A stretch of 44,171 bases of DNA from positions 1-44,171 of the forward strand of contig CAZQCR010000001.1 in NCBI GenBank assembly GCA_964591745.1. Reading direction: 5' to 3'. Source of the stretch: an uncultured Anaerolineaceae bacterium. GTDB taxonomy: Bacteria; Chloroflexota; Dehalococcoidia; Tepidiformales; Tepidiformaceae. Made by a program: the position numbers and the translations under genes. Positions 15,406-24,615 of the stretch are shown here, in pieces. The notes beneath the pieces were generated by a model, which made no database searches, was not told the DNA's origin, and saw only the letters and a list, made by a program, of their open reading frames with translations. Position 1 is the stretch's first letter, and every line of letters starts with the position of its first letter.

Positions 15406-17163
15406 ATGGCCCTGGCGATGGCACGGACCGCGGCCCTTCTCGCCGTGTTAGCCCTCGGGCTTGTGGCCGCACCCTCCCCGCCACGCGCCATGGCGCAGGC
15501 CGCCTGTGCCGAGCCCGCTGAAGACGCCAGCGAGCTGATCTTCCTCGTGGCGCCCCCCGGCGCCCCCTTTGGCGCGGTCGACGGCCCGGCCCCAATGCTC
15601 GTTTCGATCGGCATTCGGGATGGCGCCCTGGTCTTCCCGGAAGGTCTCGTCACAAGCTCCTTCGCCTGGGGCGATGGCGCCTCATCACCGGTGGCCGTCG
15701 TCCAGTGCCCGGGCGGTGAGGCCGGCTGGCCGGCACAGACTCACTCCCATACCTACGCGGTGGCGGGCACCTACTCCGTCACCTGGACAATCATCGTCGA
15801 GGGATTCCAGCGCTTCGACATTCCGATTCTCCTGGTCACCGTGACAGCCGCCACCACCCCAACCCCCACGCCGGAGCCAGCGACGCCCACGCCCACCGCG
15901 ACATCGCCCCCTGCCCCCACACCAACGCCCGCCGCGGGAACGACGGCCCCGCCGACCAGCACCAGCCCAACCGCCACCGAAACGACGCCAACGGCCACGG
16001 GCACGACAACGGTGCCAGCCACCACCACGGCTACCGCTTCACCCACGGGCTCTCCGACCCCGTCGCCGACCCCTACCGCGGCGGCTGCCGTGGTAGCGAC
16101 ACCCGGCGCTCCGCCCTCCGCTGGGACGCCGTCCCGCTTCGACGCATCCCCGAACCGGCCCCAAATCGCCCGCGACATCGAGACCATCGACGAAATTTCG
16201 ACCGACCCCGGGGTCGTCGTGACCAACCTCGTCATCGCGGGTGTCACGGTTTGGGTGCTGTTCTCCTCCGTGCTGCTCAACCAGGTCTTGCAGGCCAACC
16301 GCGATGACCTCGATCGCCGGGCGGCGGCCCTCACGGCGCCGTTCCGTCGCTTCCGGCCGCGTAAAGCTCTCCCTCCCGGACGGGTTGGCACAGTTGCGGG
16401 CGCCGCTGCGCTGCTGGCGGGCACTGGCCTCATCTACTCGCTGCTCGAACCGGATTTCGGCTGGAACACGCCAACCGCCGTGCTCTTCCTGAGCGCGCTC
16501 ATCGGCGTCGGTATCGTGACCTACGTCAGTTCCGGCCTGGAAGCCCTCACCACGCGGCGGCTCACCTCGGCCGCCGCCGCCGTCCGCCCGTTCCCCGCCG
16601 CCATCGCCATCGCGGTCATCTCCGTCGGAGTCTCACTCGCCCTCGATCTGCGCCCGGGCGTCATGTACGGATTCGTCGCTTCGTGCGCCGTCCTCCAGGC
16701 GGTTCCGACTTCGCGGACGCAGTCGGGGCGCATTTCCCTCACGCCGCTCACCGCATCACTCCTGCTCGCCGTCGTCGCCTGGCTCCTGATCACACCCATT
16801 CGCTCCCTGGCGGAAGACTCGCCGGGCTGGTTCCCGGCTGTACTCGAAGCCGCGGCCGTCTGCGTCTTCATCGGTGGCATCGAAGGCGTGCTCCTGAACA
16901 TGATCCCTCTCGCCGAAATGGACGGCGCGCGCGTCTACCACTGGAACCGCTGGCTCTGGCTCGCCCTGGCGGCCACCTCTGCCTTCCTCACCTGGCACGT
17001 CCTCTTCGGGCGCGAACGTGAGAACTTCTCCGGCCTGCGCGAGGCCTCGTCCGTGACTGTGCTTGTCGTCTTCGTCGTCTACACGGTTCTGACACTCGGT
17101 ATCTGGATCTACTTTCGGCGCAGGCAATCCCGGGGCGAACCGGACGGGGCCGCGCCCGCTTAG
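15406..17163 (+). CDS. secreted/membrane protein: signal peptide, PKD-like module, Pro/Thr-rich linker, polytopic C-terminal domain
   Basis: The ATG at 15406 (GGAGG SD) gives MALAMARTAALLAVLALGLVAAPSPPRAMA. FAWGDGASSP..HSHTYAVAGTYSVTWTI is PKD-like. An approximately 85-aa PT-rich tract is encoded at about 15850-16110. At least six hydrophobic helices follow. Confidence 0.75.
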   Translation: MALAMARTAALLAVLALGLVAAPSPPRAMAQAACAEPAEDASELIFLVAPPGAPFGAVDGPAPMLVSIGIRDGALVFPEGLVTSSFAWGDGASSPVAVVQCPGGEAGWPAQTHSHTYAVAGTYSVTWTIIVEGFQRFDIPILLVTVTAATTPTPTPEPATPTPTATSPPAPTPTPAAGTTAPPTSTSPTATETTPTATGTTTVPATTTATASPTGSPTPSPTPTAAAAVVATPGAPPSAGTPSRFDASPNRPQIARDIETIDEISTDPGVVVTNLVIAGVTVWVLFSSVLLNQVLQANRDDLDRRAAALTAPFRRFRPRKALPPGRVGTVAGAAALLAGTGLIYSLLEPDFGWNTPTAVLFLSALIGVGIVTYVSSGLEALTTRRLTSAAAAVRPFPAAIAIAVISVGVSLALDLRPGVMYGFVASCAVLQAVPTSRTQSGRISLTPLTASLLLAVVAWLLITPIRSLAEDSPGWFPAVLEAAAVCVFIGGIEGVLLNMIPLAEMDGARVYHWNRWLWLALAATSAFLTWHVLFGRERENFSGLREASSVTVLVVFVVYTVLTLGIWIYFRRRQSRGEPDGAAPA

Positions 17164-17232
17164 GGCCGGTCGCTTCCATCCCCGGCCCTCTGTACGCTTC
17201 GCGGCGAGAACACCCCCGGGGAGGTTTGACCG

Positions 17233-18978
17233 ATGGCGCAGCTCATGGACATCCGTGTCGAACGAAACGTCGCCGTCCCGATGCGCGACGGCACGGTCCT
17301 CCGGGCCGATGTCTTTCGCCCCGAGCCCGAGGGCCGCTACCCCGTCCTCCTCAGCCGCACGCCGTACGACAAGTCGGCCGCCGCCGTCTCCTACGGCTGG
17401 ATGCAGCCCATCCGCCCGGCGAGCGAAGGCTATGTGGTCGTCGTCCAGGATGTCCGTGGACGATGGGCCTCCGATGGCCGCTTCCACCCCCTCCACCAGG
17501 AGGTCGACGACGGCTTCGACTCGGTCGAGTGGGCCGCCCGCCAGCCCTGGAGCAACGGCCGAGTCGGCATGTACGGGCTCTCGTATCTCGGCGCGACCCA
17601 GTGGCTCGCCGCCTCGGCCCAGCCGCCGAACCTGCAGTGCATCCTCCCCGGCGTCACCGCCTCCGACTACTACGACGGCTGGACCTACCAGGGCGGGGCG
17701 TTCGTCCTCGGCTTCAACCTCACCTGGGCCGTCGCCGCCTTCGCCCTCCCCGAGCTCCTCCGCGCGGATATGGACCAATCGGACCGCCAACTCCTGCTCC
17801 GCGGGCTGTACGGCGTCGTCTTCGACCACTGGCCCGCGCTCCGCCACCTCCCTCCCCGCGATCTCCCGGCCGTAGCGCACGACGTGATCGCTCCCTACTA
17901 CAAGGAGTGGCTCGATCACCCCACGCGAGACGGCTACTGGGCGCCGATCAACATCGAGGACGCCCATCCGCGGATCCACGTCCCCGCCCTCAACGTTGGC
18001 GGCTGGTACGACCTCTTCATCCGCGGCACGCTTCGAAACTTCAGCGGGATGCGTGCGAACGGCCCGACTCCACGCTCGCGTGACGGGCAGCGCCTCGTGG
18101 TCGGGCCATGGTCGCACTCGACGCAGCTCGGGGCGCGCACGGGCAATCGCGTCTTCGGCGCTTCCGCCAGCCTCCTCCTCGACGACCTCCACATGCGCTG
18201 GCACGACCACTGGCTGAAGGACCGCGACAACGGTGTCGAAAGCGAGGCCCCGGTCCGCGTCTTCACCATGGGCGTCAACGCCTGGCGCGAGTACACCGCC
18301 TGGCCGCCGGCCGAATCACGGCCGATCGAGTACTACCTTCACAGCAACGGCGCCGCCGTCAGCTCCCACGGAGATGGCGTGCTCTCGATCGAGTCGCCAG
18401 GCAGCGAGCGGCCCGACCACTTCGTCTACGACCCGGAGAACCCTTGCCCCACCGTCGGCGGCCCGCTCTTCGCCACTCCGAACGACGTTCCCCCGGGCGC
18501 CTTCGACCAGGCCCAGCTGGAACTCCGGCCAGACGTCCTCTGTTACACGACCCCGGTCCTCGACCGTGAAGTCGAAGTCGCCGGGCCCGTGAGCGTTCGC
18601 CTCTGGGTGGCCAGTTCCGCGCTCGATACCGACTTCACGGCGAAGCTGGTGGACGTTGAGCCAGATGGCACGGCCTGGAACCTCTGCGACGGGATCATGC
18701 GGGCGCGCTACCACCGCGGCTTCGACAGCGTCTCGCTGCTCGAACCGGGCGTGCCCGTGGAACTCGAGGTCGACCTCGCCGGGACGGCGAACGTCTTCCT
18801 CCCCGGCCACCGCATCCGCCTGGAGATCAGCAGCTCCAACTTCCCCCGCTTCGACCGCAACACGAACACCGGCAACGTCATCGCCAGCGACGCCGAGAGC
18901 GTGGTCGCGATGAACACCGTCCTCCACGACGCCGCCCACCCGAGCCGCCTCCAGCTCCACGTGGTCGCCCGCCCGTGA
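17233..18978 (+). CDS. CocE/NonD-family (S15 X-Pro dipeptidyl-peptidase-like) hydrolase
   Basis: 581 aa. VPMRDGTVLRADVFRP, LSRTPYDK, GMYGLSYLG (Ser nucleophile) and C-terminal jelly-roll region ..SSSNFPRFDRNTNTG. Confidence 0.9.
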   Translation: MAQLMDIRVERNVAVPMRDGTVLRADVFRPEPEGRYPVLLSRTPYDKSAAAVSYGWMQPIRPASEGYVVVVQDVRGRWASDGRFHPLHQEVDDGFDSVEWAARQPWSNGRVGMYGLSYLGATQWLAASAQPPNLQCILPGVTASDYYDGWTYQGGAFVLGFNLTWAVAAFALPELLRADMDQSDRQLLLRGLYGVVFDHWPALRHLPPRDLPAVAHDVIAPYYKEWLDHPTRDGYWAPINIEDAHPRIHVPALNVGGWYDLFIRGTLRNFSGMRANGPTPRSRDGQRLVVGPWSHSTQLGARTGNRVFGASASLLLDDLHMRWHDHWLKDRDNGVESEAPVRVFTMGVNAWREYTAWPPAESRPIEYYLHSNGAAVSSHGDGVLSIESPGSERPDHFVYDPENPCPTVGGPLFATPNDVPPGAFDQAQLELRPDVLCYTTPVLDREVEVAGPVSVRLWVASSALDTDFTAKLVDVEPDGTAWNLCDGIMRARYHRGFDSVSLLEPGVPVELEVDLAGTANVFLPGHRIRLEISSSNFPRFDRNTNTGNVIASDAESVVAMNTVLHDAAHPSRLQLHVVARP

Positions 18979-19415
18979 GCGCGCTACCGGTGCGCGTCAA
19001 GCTCCTGCGGCCCGGCGCGCGCCTGCCGTACCGGGCGACGGAACTCGCCTCAGGCTTCGATATCCACGCCTCTCTGCAGGACGGGCTCGAGGTGCGGCTC
19101 TCCCAGGTCCCTACGTTGATCCCAACCGGCCTCGCGATGGAGGTGCCGCCGGGCCTCGATGCCCAGTTGCGCCCTCGCAGTGGCCTCGCGCGCCAGGGCG
19201 TGCTCGCCACCTACGGCACCCTCGACGCGGACTACCGCGGCGAGCTCTTCATCGCGCTCTACACCACCAGCCCGCTCATCGAGTACACCGTCCGGGACGG
19301 CGACCGGATCGCTCAGCTCGTCATAACTCAGCTGTCACAGGTCGAGATGATGGAAGCCGCGGAACTGACGGAGACGGCGCGCGGCGCTGGCGGCCACGGG
19401 AGCACAGGCCGGTGA
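18975..19415 (+). CDS. dut: dUTP diphosphatase
   Basis: ELASGFDI, RPRSGLA and GTLDADYRGEL motifs. The GTG start overlaps the upstream stop (GTGA). Confidence 0.92.
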   Translation: MSALPVRVKLLRPGARLPYRATELASGFDIHASLQDGLEVRLSQVPTLIPTGLAMEVPPGLDAQLRPRSGLARQGVLATYGTLDADYRGELFIALYTTSPLIEYTVRDGDRIAQLVITQLSQVEMMEAAELTETARGAGGHGSTGR

Positions 19416-19783
19416 CCTACTTCTACGTGGTCCTCGGCGCCGCCGCGGGCGCCCCGCTCCGCTACTTCCTCGGCTCCCGCATCCAGGAGCGCACGGGCGG
19501 CGCCTTCCCCTGGGGCACGCTCGTCGTGAACGTCAGCGGATGCCTCCTCGTCGGCTTCATCCTCGGGCTCGCCGAGGCGCGCGGTTCGCTCAGCCGCGAA
19601 GCCCGGCTGCTCCTGGTCACCGGCTTCCTTGGCAGCTACACCACCTTTAGCGCCTTCGGCTGGGAGACGTACTCCCTCGCCCGCGCCGACGACATCGCGC
19701 GCGCGGTCGTGAACGTCGCGGCCAGCTTCGTCCTCGGCCTCGCCGCCGTCTGGGCGGGCGCACAGCTGGGCCGGCTGGCATAG
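19412..19783 (+). CDS. crcB: fluoride ion channel CrcB/FluC
   Basis: 123 aa, four TM helices, GAFPWGTLVVN and GFLGSYTTFSAF. The GTG start overlaps the dut stop (GTGA). Confidence 0.9.
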   Translation: MTYFYVVLGAAAGAPLRYFLGSRIQERTGGAFPWGTLVVNVSGCLLVGFILGLAEARGSLSREARLLLVTGFLGSYTTFSAFGWETYSLARADDIARAVVNVAASFVLGLAAVWAGAQLGRLA

Positions 19784-19855
19784 GGCGGCCCTCTTTGGCC
19801 GTAAAACCGGCCTCCCGTATCATTCACGGGTTACTGTCCAGAAGGAAACGACGCC

Positions 19856-20206
19856 ATGGCCTACGAACTCGATATTCTCCTCCCCACCCAGCAGCGCACC
19901 GACATCCCGGAATTCGGGACGGGCGATACCGTTCGCGTCCACGCCAAGGTGGTTGAAGGCGAAAAAGAGCGCATCCAGGTCTTCGAAGGCGTCGTTATTC
20001 GCCGCCGGATGAAGGGCCTCGTCTCGAACTTCACGGTCCGGAAGCTGGCCAGCGGCATCGGCGTCGAGCGCACCTTCCCGATGAACAGCCCCCGCGTCGA
20101 TAAGGTCGAAGTTGTCCGCCACGGCAAGGTCCGCCGCAAGAACCTCTACTACCTGCGTGGACTCACCGGCAAGGCTGCCCGCATCAAGGAACGCCGGATC
20201 CTCTGA
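19856..20206 (+). CDS. rplS: 50S ribosomal protein L19
   Basis: [53 protein letters not shown]. Confidence 0.96.
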   Translation: MAYELDILLPTQQRTDIPEFGTGDTVRVHAKVVEGEKERIQVFEGVVIRRRMKGLVSNFTVRKLASGIGVERTFPMNSPRVDKVEVVRHGKVRRKNLYYLRGLTGKAARIKERRIL

Positions 20207-20298
20207 TCTAGCCCTCGCGTTCGCTCTCTCCCGCGACTCCGCGCAGAGCGTCGTGCCGCGGGGCGTATCGACTTCCGCCGCCTCCCCTTCCTTGGCGT

Positions 20299-20321
20299 TC
20301 TTTGCATCTTGGCGATGCAAA
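20299..20321 (+). terminator. stem-loop downstream of rplS (possible terminator, no clear U-tract)
   Basis: CTTTGCATC-ttggc-GATGCAAAG, a perfect 9-bp stem about 95 nt after the rplS stop. Confidence 0.35.
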
Positions 20322-20407
20322 GCAGCCAGCCGCCACCCGATACTGTTTGCCCCACACGAACGATCGGCGTAGGCTTACCCTAACGCGAACGGAAGGGTAG
20401 GCGAGCC

Positions 20408-22108
20408 ATGGCAGGTCCCCAGCTGGCGATGCCCCGGCCCCTTGGCGAGACGCTCACCTCCCGCCAGAAATGGCTCCTGCTCGTATCCCTCATGCTCGCG
20501 ATGTTCGTCAGCGCTCTCAACCAGTCGGTCGTCGCCACGGCTACGCCGAAGATGCTGGCGGACCTGGGCGGCTTTTCGATGCTCTCCTGGGTCTTCACCG
20601 TCTACATGCTCACGTCCACCGTGGTGACGCCGCTCGTCGGCAAGCTCTCCGATATGTTCGGGCGCAAGCACTTCCTCCTCGCCGGCATCGTCATCTTCGT
20701 CGCCGGTTCCGCCGGCTGCGGCTTTTCGATGAACATGCCCACGTTGATCGCCTTCCGCGCCTTCCAGGGCATCGGCGGCGGGGTCATCATGGCCACCGTC
20801 TTCAGCACCCTGGGCGACCTGTTTCCCCCCGCCGAACGTGGCAAGTACATCGGCTTCTTCACCGGCACCTTCACCATCGCCGGCCTCTCCGGACCGAGCA
20901 TCGGCGGCCTCCTTACCGACCACGTCAGCTGGCGCTGGTGCTTCTTCGTCAGCATCCCCTTCGCTATCGCCGCCATGGTCTTCATCTGGGCGAACCTCCC
21001 TTCTCGCGCTCGAGGCGGCCAGCTACGAAACATCGATTTCGTCGGCGCCGCCCTCCTTTCCGCGGCCACCACCTGCCTCCTTCTCGGCCTCGCATGGGCC
21101 CAGCGCGAATTCGGCTGGGGCTCGATGGAGACGCTCGGGCTGCTTGTCTCGGCCGCCGCGCTCATCGTCGCCTTCATCTTCCAGGAGAGCCGCCACCCAC
21201 AGGCTGTTCTTCCCCTCGCCATCTTCCGCAACCGTGAATTCGTGATGGCGAACATGGTCGCCATGCTGCTCGGCGCGGGCTCGTTCGGCGCCGTGCAGTA
21301 CCTTCCCACGTTCGTTCAAACATCGCTCGGCTCCTCCGCCACCGCCTCCGGGCTGGTGACGATGCCGCAATCGCTCGGCCTGCTCATCACCAGCGTCGCG
21401 GGCGGCCAGCTCCTTTCCCGCCGGGGCCGCTACAAGACGCAGTGCGTGGTGGGCGCCGGATTGGTCCTTGTCGGCGCGCTCTGCATGCAATCCCTGGACC
21501 AGGGACAGTCCGCCTGGCGGCTTGCCGGATTCCTGGCCATCATCGGGCTCGGTTCCGGCCTCGTGATGCCGACGATGTCCGTCGTCAGCCAGAACGCCGT
21601 CTCCCACGACCTGATGGGTGTGGCCACCAGCGCACGCCAGTTCTTCATGCAGATCGGCAACGTTCTCGGCGTCGCCGTTTTCGGGGTCATCCTCGCGTCG
21701 TCGTACTCCGCCGCTTTCACGGACGGCCTCTCGCCCGAAGCGCAGGCGGCGTTGCCACCGGCGCTCGTCGCACGCTTCGATGACCCGACACTGGCCCTGA
21801 ACGGCCGCGAATTTGCCGTGGTGCAGCAAGAAGTGCGCGCCTTGCCCAATGGACAGGCTCTGCTGGAAGAAGCGACGGAGGCGCAGAAGGCAAGCGTCGC
21901 CACGGCCATCCGCCACATCTTCATCGGCGCGGCCGTGGTCATCGCCCTCGCCGTGCTCTGTACGCTCGCACTTAAGGGCCTGCCACTCCGCCGGGCCTTC
22001 GAAAGCACCCCCAAACCCGGGGCTCCCGCAAGCGGGCCGAGCCGGACTCCACCCGTGCAGCCCACGGCCGCCGCACCGGCGAGCGAACCCGGCGCTGGCG
22101 GCAGCTAA
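20408..22108 (+). CDS. MFS transporter, DHA2 (14-TMS, EmrB/QacA-like) family
   Basis: 566 aa. LNQSVVATATPKM, GKLSDMFGRKHF (motif A-like), many TM segments and a Pro/Ala-rich C-terminal tail. Confidence 0.9.
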   Translation: MAGPQLAMPRPLGETLTSRQKWLLLVSLMLAMFVSALNQSVVATATPKMLADLGGFSMLSWVFTVYMLTSTVVTPLVGKLSDMFGRKHFLLAGIVIFVAGSAGCGFSMNMPTLIAFRAFQGIGGGVIMATVFSTLGDLFPPAERGKYIGFFTGTFTIAGLSGPSIGGLLTDHVSWRWCFFVSIPFAIAAMVFIWANLPSRARGGQLRNIDFVGAALLSAATTCLLLGLAWAQREFGWGSMETLGLLVSAAALIVAFIFQESRHPQAVLPLAIFRNREFVMANMVAMLLGAGSFGAVQYLPTFVQTSLGSSATASGLVTMPQSLGLLITSVAGGQLLSRRGRYKTQCVVGAGLVLVGALCMQSLDQGQSAWRLAGFLAIIGLGSGLVMPTMSVVSQNAVSHDLMGVATSARQFFMQIGNVLGVAVFGVILASSYSAAFTDGLSPEAQAALPPALVARFDDPTLALNGREFAVVQQEVRALPNGQALLEEATEAQKASVATAIRHIFIGAAVVIALAVLCTLALKGLPLRRAFESTPKPGAPASGPSRTPPVQPTAAAPASEPGAGGS

Positions 22109-23191
22109 CTACGCCGGCGCGTCCAGCCCCTGCCGGAGTGCTTCGATCTGGGGGATCGGCGTCGGGTCGAAGCCGTTCAGCAACCCGAGGTAGCACGACA
22201 CGTAGTCGCCCCACGCGGTCGCCTGCAGCATCTGCTGGAGGATGGTTCCGCCCCCCGGCTCGATGCGATGCATGGGAATCCCTTCCGCCGCGAACTGGCC
22301 GGCGATCACTTCGAACCGGCGCTGAATTCTCGGGTGATAGCACGCTGGCGATTCGAGCGAGATCACGGCGATGTTCGCCGCGTGGATCGACGCCGTGCCA
22401 AGCCCGACGACAAGGTTGTGGCCGGCCTCGGGCAGGCTTTCGGCGACGGCGAGGGTCTTGCCGTTTTCTGCCAGCTGATTCCGGAATCGAACCGCCGCCG
22501 ACGCCAGGTGCTCCGCGCCGATCACCATCGGCAGGCGGCCGCGCACCGCGAGGGCGAGCTGCTTCGCCTCGTTGCCATAGAACGGGAGGTGGGGCGCGAG
22601 TCGCGTTTCGATGAAGTCACGATGCAGGTCGCCCGCCGCCTGGATGTCCTCCCGGCGGAGCGGAGTAACGCCCAGGGCTGCGCCGATCCGGAGCAGCGGC
22701 GCCAGGCTGTGGACCATCGCGGCACGGGGAGGAGAGTCGTACGTCACCTGCCAGCAGATCGCATTCGCGTCTGCGGCCGCCCGTTCCCCGAGCTGCCCGC
22801 CCCGCGTGATCACGACGACCATCGCTCCCCGCCGCCGGGCATCGCCGTAAAGGGAGAGCATCTCTTCCGTGTTGCCGCTATAGGAACAGACGATCACCAG
22901 CGTCCGCGCCGAAACGAAGTTCGGGAGGCTGTAGCCCCGGACAACGCTGATCGGCAGCGTGCCGTGCGGCGCCGTGAGGGCCACAAGGTAGTCGGCGGCC
23001 GTGGCCGATCCCCCAACCCCGCAAATCACGATCTGCTCCGCGCGCTCGGCTCCCGCCGGAGGCCGGAGCGAACTCGCCGCGTCCCACGCCCGCAAGAACT
23101 CGCCGCCGACGTTGCGGATGTGGGTGAACATCCCACTGGCGTCGAGCGCGAGCACCGCCGGGTCATCGAGCGGGTGCGTCGCGACGGTCAC
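22109..23191 (-). CDS. bifunctional phosphoglucose/phosphomannose isomerase (SIS-domain, PGI/PMI family)
   Basis: ICGVGGSATAADY and VCSYSGNTEE are SIS motifs; the C-terminal half is typical of PGI/PMI. The GTG at 23191 overlaps the upstream TGA (GTGA), so it is preferred over the track start at 23311. Confidence 0.8.
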   Translation of the reverse strand: MTVATHPLDDPAVLALDASGMFTHIRNVGGEFLRAWDAASSLRPPAGAERAEQIVICGVGGSATAADYLVALTAPHGTLPISVVRGYSLPNFVSARTLVIVCSYSGNTEEMLSLYGDARRRGAMVVVITRGGQLGERAAADANAICWQVTYDSPPRAAMVHSLAPLLRIGAALGVTPLRREDIQAAGDLHRDFIETRLAPHLPFYGNEAKQLALAVRGRLPMVIGAEHLASAAVRFRNQLAENGKTLAVAESLPEAGHNLVVGLGTASIHAANIAVISLESPACYHPRIQRRFEVIAGQFAAEGIPMHRIEPGGGTILQQMLQATAWGDYVSCYLGLLNGFDPTPIPQIEALRQGLDAPA

Positions 23192-24615
23192 GAGCTGTAC
23201 CCGGCGATCGCCTTGCCGGCCTCCAGGATCGGTTTCACGAGTCGCTCGTCCGTCACTTCTGTGTAGATCCGGAGCAGCGGCTCTGTGCCGGAGAGCCGGA
23301 ACAGCAACCACCCTTCCGGTACGAAGAAGCGCCAGCCGTCGATGCGGTCGACGCGCTCCACGGGCCGCCCGGCAATCTCCGTGGGGCCGGCTGCGTCTAG
23401 CCTTTCCTTCACCGCCGCGTTTGAGCCCGGCTCCAGGTCGAAATCCAGCCGCTCGTAGTAATGCGCACCGGTGATCGCGAAGACCTCGGCGAGCAGCTCT
23501 GACGGTTTCTTGCCCGTCCGCGCGACATAATCGAGAAGGTAGAGCCCCGCCAGGATCCCATCCCGTTCCGGCAGGTGGCCGCGGAAGCCGTAGCCGCCGC
23601 TCTCTTCGCCCCCGATGAGGGCGTCGTGTTCCATCATCAGCGGGCCAATGTGCTTGAAGCCGACCGGCGTTTCGAAGAGCGGCACGCCGTAGTGGATCGC
23701 CAGCAGCGCCGCCATGTTCGTCGTCGTCACCGACTTCACGATGGCGCCGCGCAGGCCCCGCGCGCCGAGCATGTAGTTGATCAGCAGCGCAAACGTCCGC
23801 AGCTGATCGACGTAGCCGCCCCGTTCGTCGACCAGTCCCAGGCGGTCGGCGTCGCCATCGTTCGCGATGCCGATGTCGTAGCCGCCGCCCGCCAGCATTG
23901 CCATGAAGGTCCCGAGGTTCGACTCGATCGGCTCCGGCGCCCGAATGCCCGGGAAGGCCGGGTTGCGCTCGGCGTGGATCTCCGTGACCGTCGTGCTGCC
24001 GCCACCCAACAGCTGTTCGAAGAGGCCGGCGCCCGCCCCGTACATCGGCTCGACCGCGACACGCAGGCCGGCCGTCCGGATCGCTGAGACATCGACGCGG
24101 CTCGAGAGCGCGCGCAGGTAGCCCGCGAGCGGGTCGAAGCTCGAAATCCCCGTGTCGCTCTCGCGGATGCTGCCTTCCGATGCGAGGATCGCAGGGACAC
24201 GCGCCTCAATGGCGGCGACGAACTCAGGGCTGGCGCTGCCCCCGTAGTGCGGCTTCACCTTGATCCCGTTCCAGCGGGCCGGGTTGTGGCTGCTCGTCAC
24301 CATCACGCCGCCGCAGGCGTTCGTCTCGATGATTCGCCAGCTCAGGGCGGGTGTAGGGGCCGGCCGGTCTGCTAGTTCGACGGTGAAGCCGTTCCCGGCC
24401 AGCACGCGCGCGACCGCCGCTGCGAATTCGTCGGAGAGGAAGCGCGTGTCATAACCGACGACGACGTGCCGGTCCTTGCCGTAGGTCTCGGCGAAGTGCT
24501 CCGCGATCGCCTGGGCACAGGCGCGGACGTTCTCGAACGTGAAGTCTTCGGCGATGATGGCACGCCATCCATCCGTGCCGAAGTGGACCGGGTTACGTGT
24601 CATCGGCCCCATCAT
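23188..24615 (-). CDS. phosphomannomutase/phosphoglucomutase (alpha-D-phosphohexomutase)
   Basis: FGTDGWR, active-site loop VMVTSSHNPARWNG, metal loop ANDGDADR and GGEESGG. Alternative ATG at 24603. Confidence 0.9.
   Translation of the reverse strand: MMGPMTRNPVHFGTDGWRAIIAEDFTFENVRACAQAIAEHFAETYGKDRHVVVGYDTRFLSDEFAAAVARVLAGNGFTVELADRPAPTPALSWRIIETNACGGVMVTSSHNPARWNGIKVKPHYGGSASPEFVAAIEARVPAILASEGSIRESDTGISSFDPLAGYLRALSSRVDVSAIRTAGLRVAVEPMYGAGAGLFEQLLGGGSTTVTEIHAERNPAFPGIRAPEPIESNLGTFMAMLAGGGYDIGIANDGDADRLGLVDERGGYVDQLRTFALLINYMLGARGLRGAIVKSVTTTNMAALLAIHYGVPLFETPVGFKHIGPLMMEHDALIGGEESGGYGFRGHLPERDGILAGLYLLDYVARTGKKPSELLAEVFAITGAHYYERLDFDLEPGSNAAVKERLDAAGPTEIAGRPVERVDRIDGWRFFVPEGWLLFRLSGTEPLLRIYTEVTDERLVKPILEAGKAIAGYSS

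Noticed and set aside
16756-18210. 484-aa minus-strand ORF, the longest unexplained ORF in the track
   Set aside because: It is antisense to two well-supported genes (the membrane protein and the CocE-like hydrolase). Its composition is dominated by Arg/Gly/Glu/Val/Ala with no motif. This is the typical shadow ORF of high-GC DNA. The same reasoning applies to 946..2001(-), 2783..3826(+), 3929..4846(+), 7028..8173(+), 8446..9393(+), 10777..12432(+), 20602..21916(-), 22268..23266(+), 24539..25624(+), 30687..31799(+), 31559..33750(+) and 34807..35751(-).
19330-19415. Fluoride riboswitch ahead of crcB
   Set aside because: The crcB start overlaps the dut stop, so the whole upstream region is dut coding sequence with no room for a leader.
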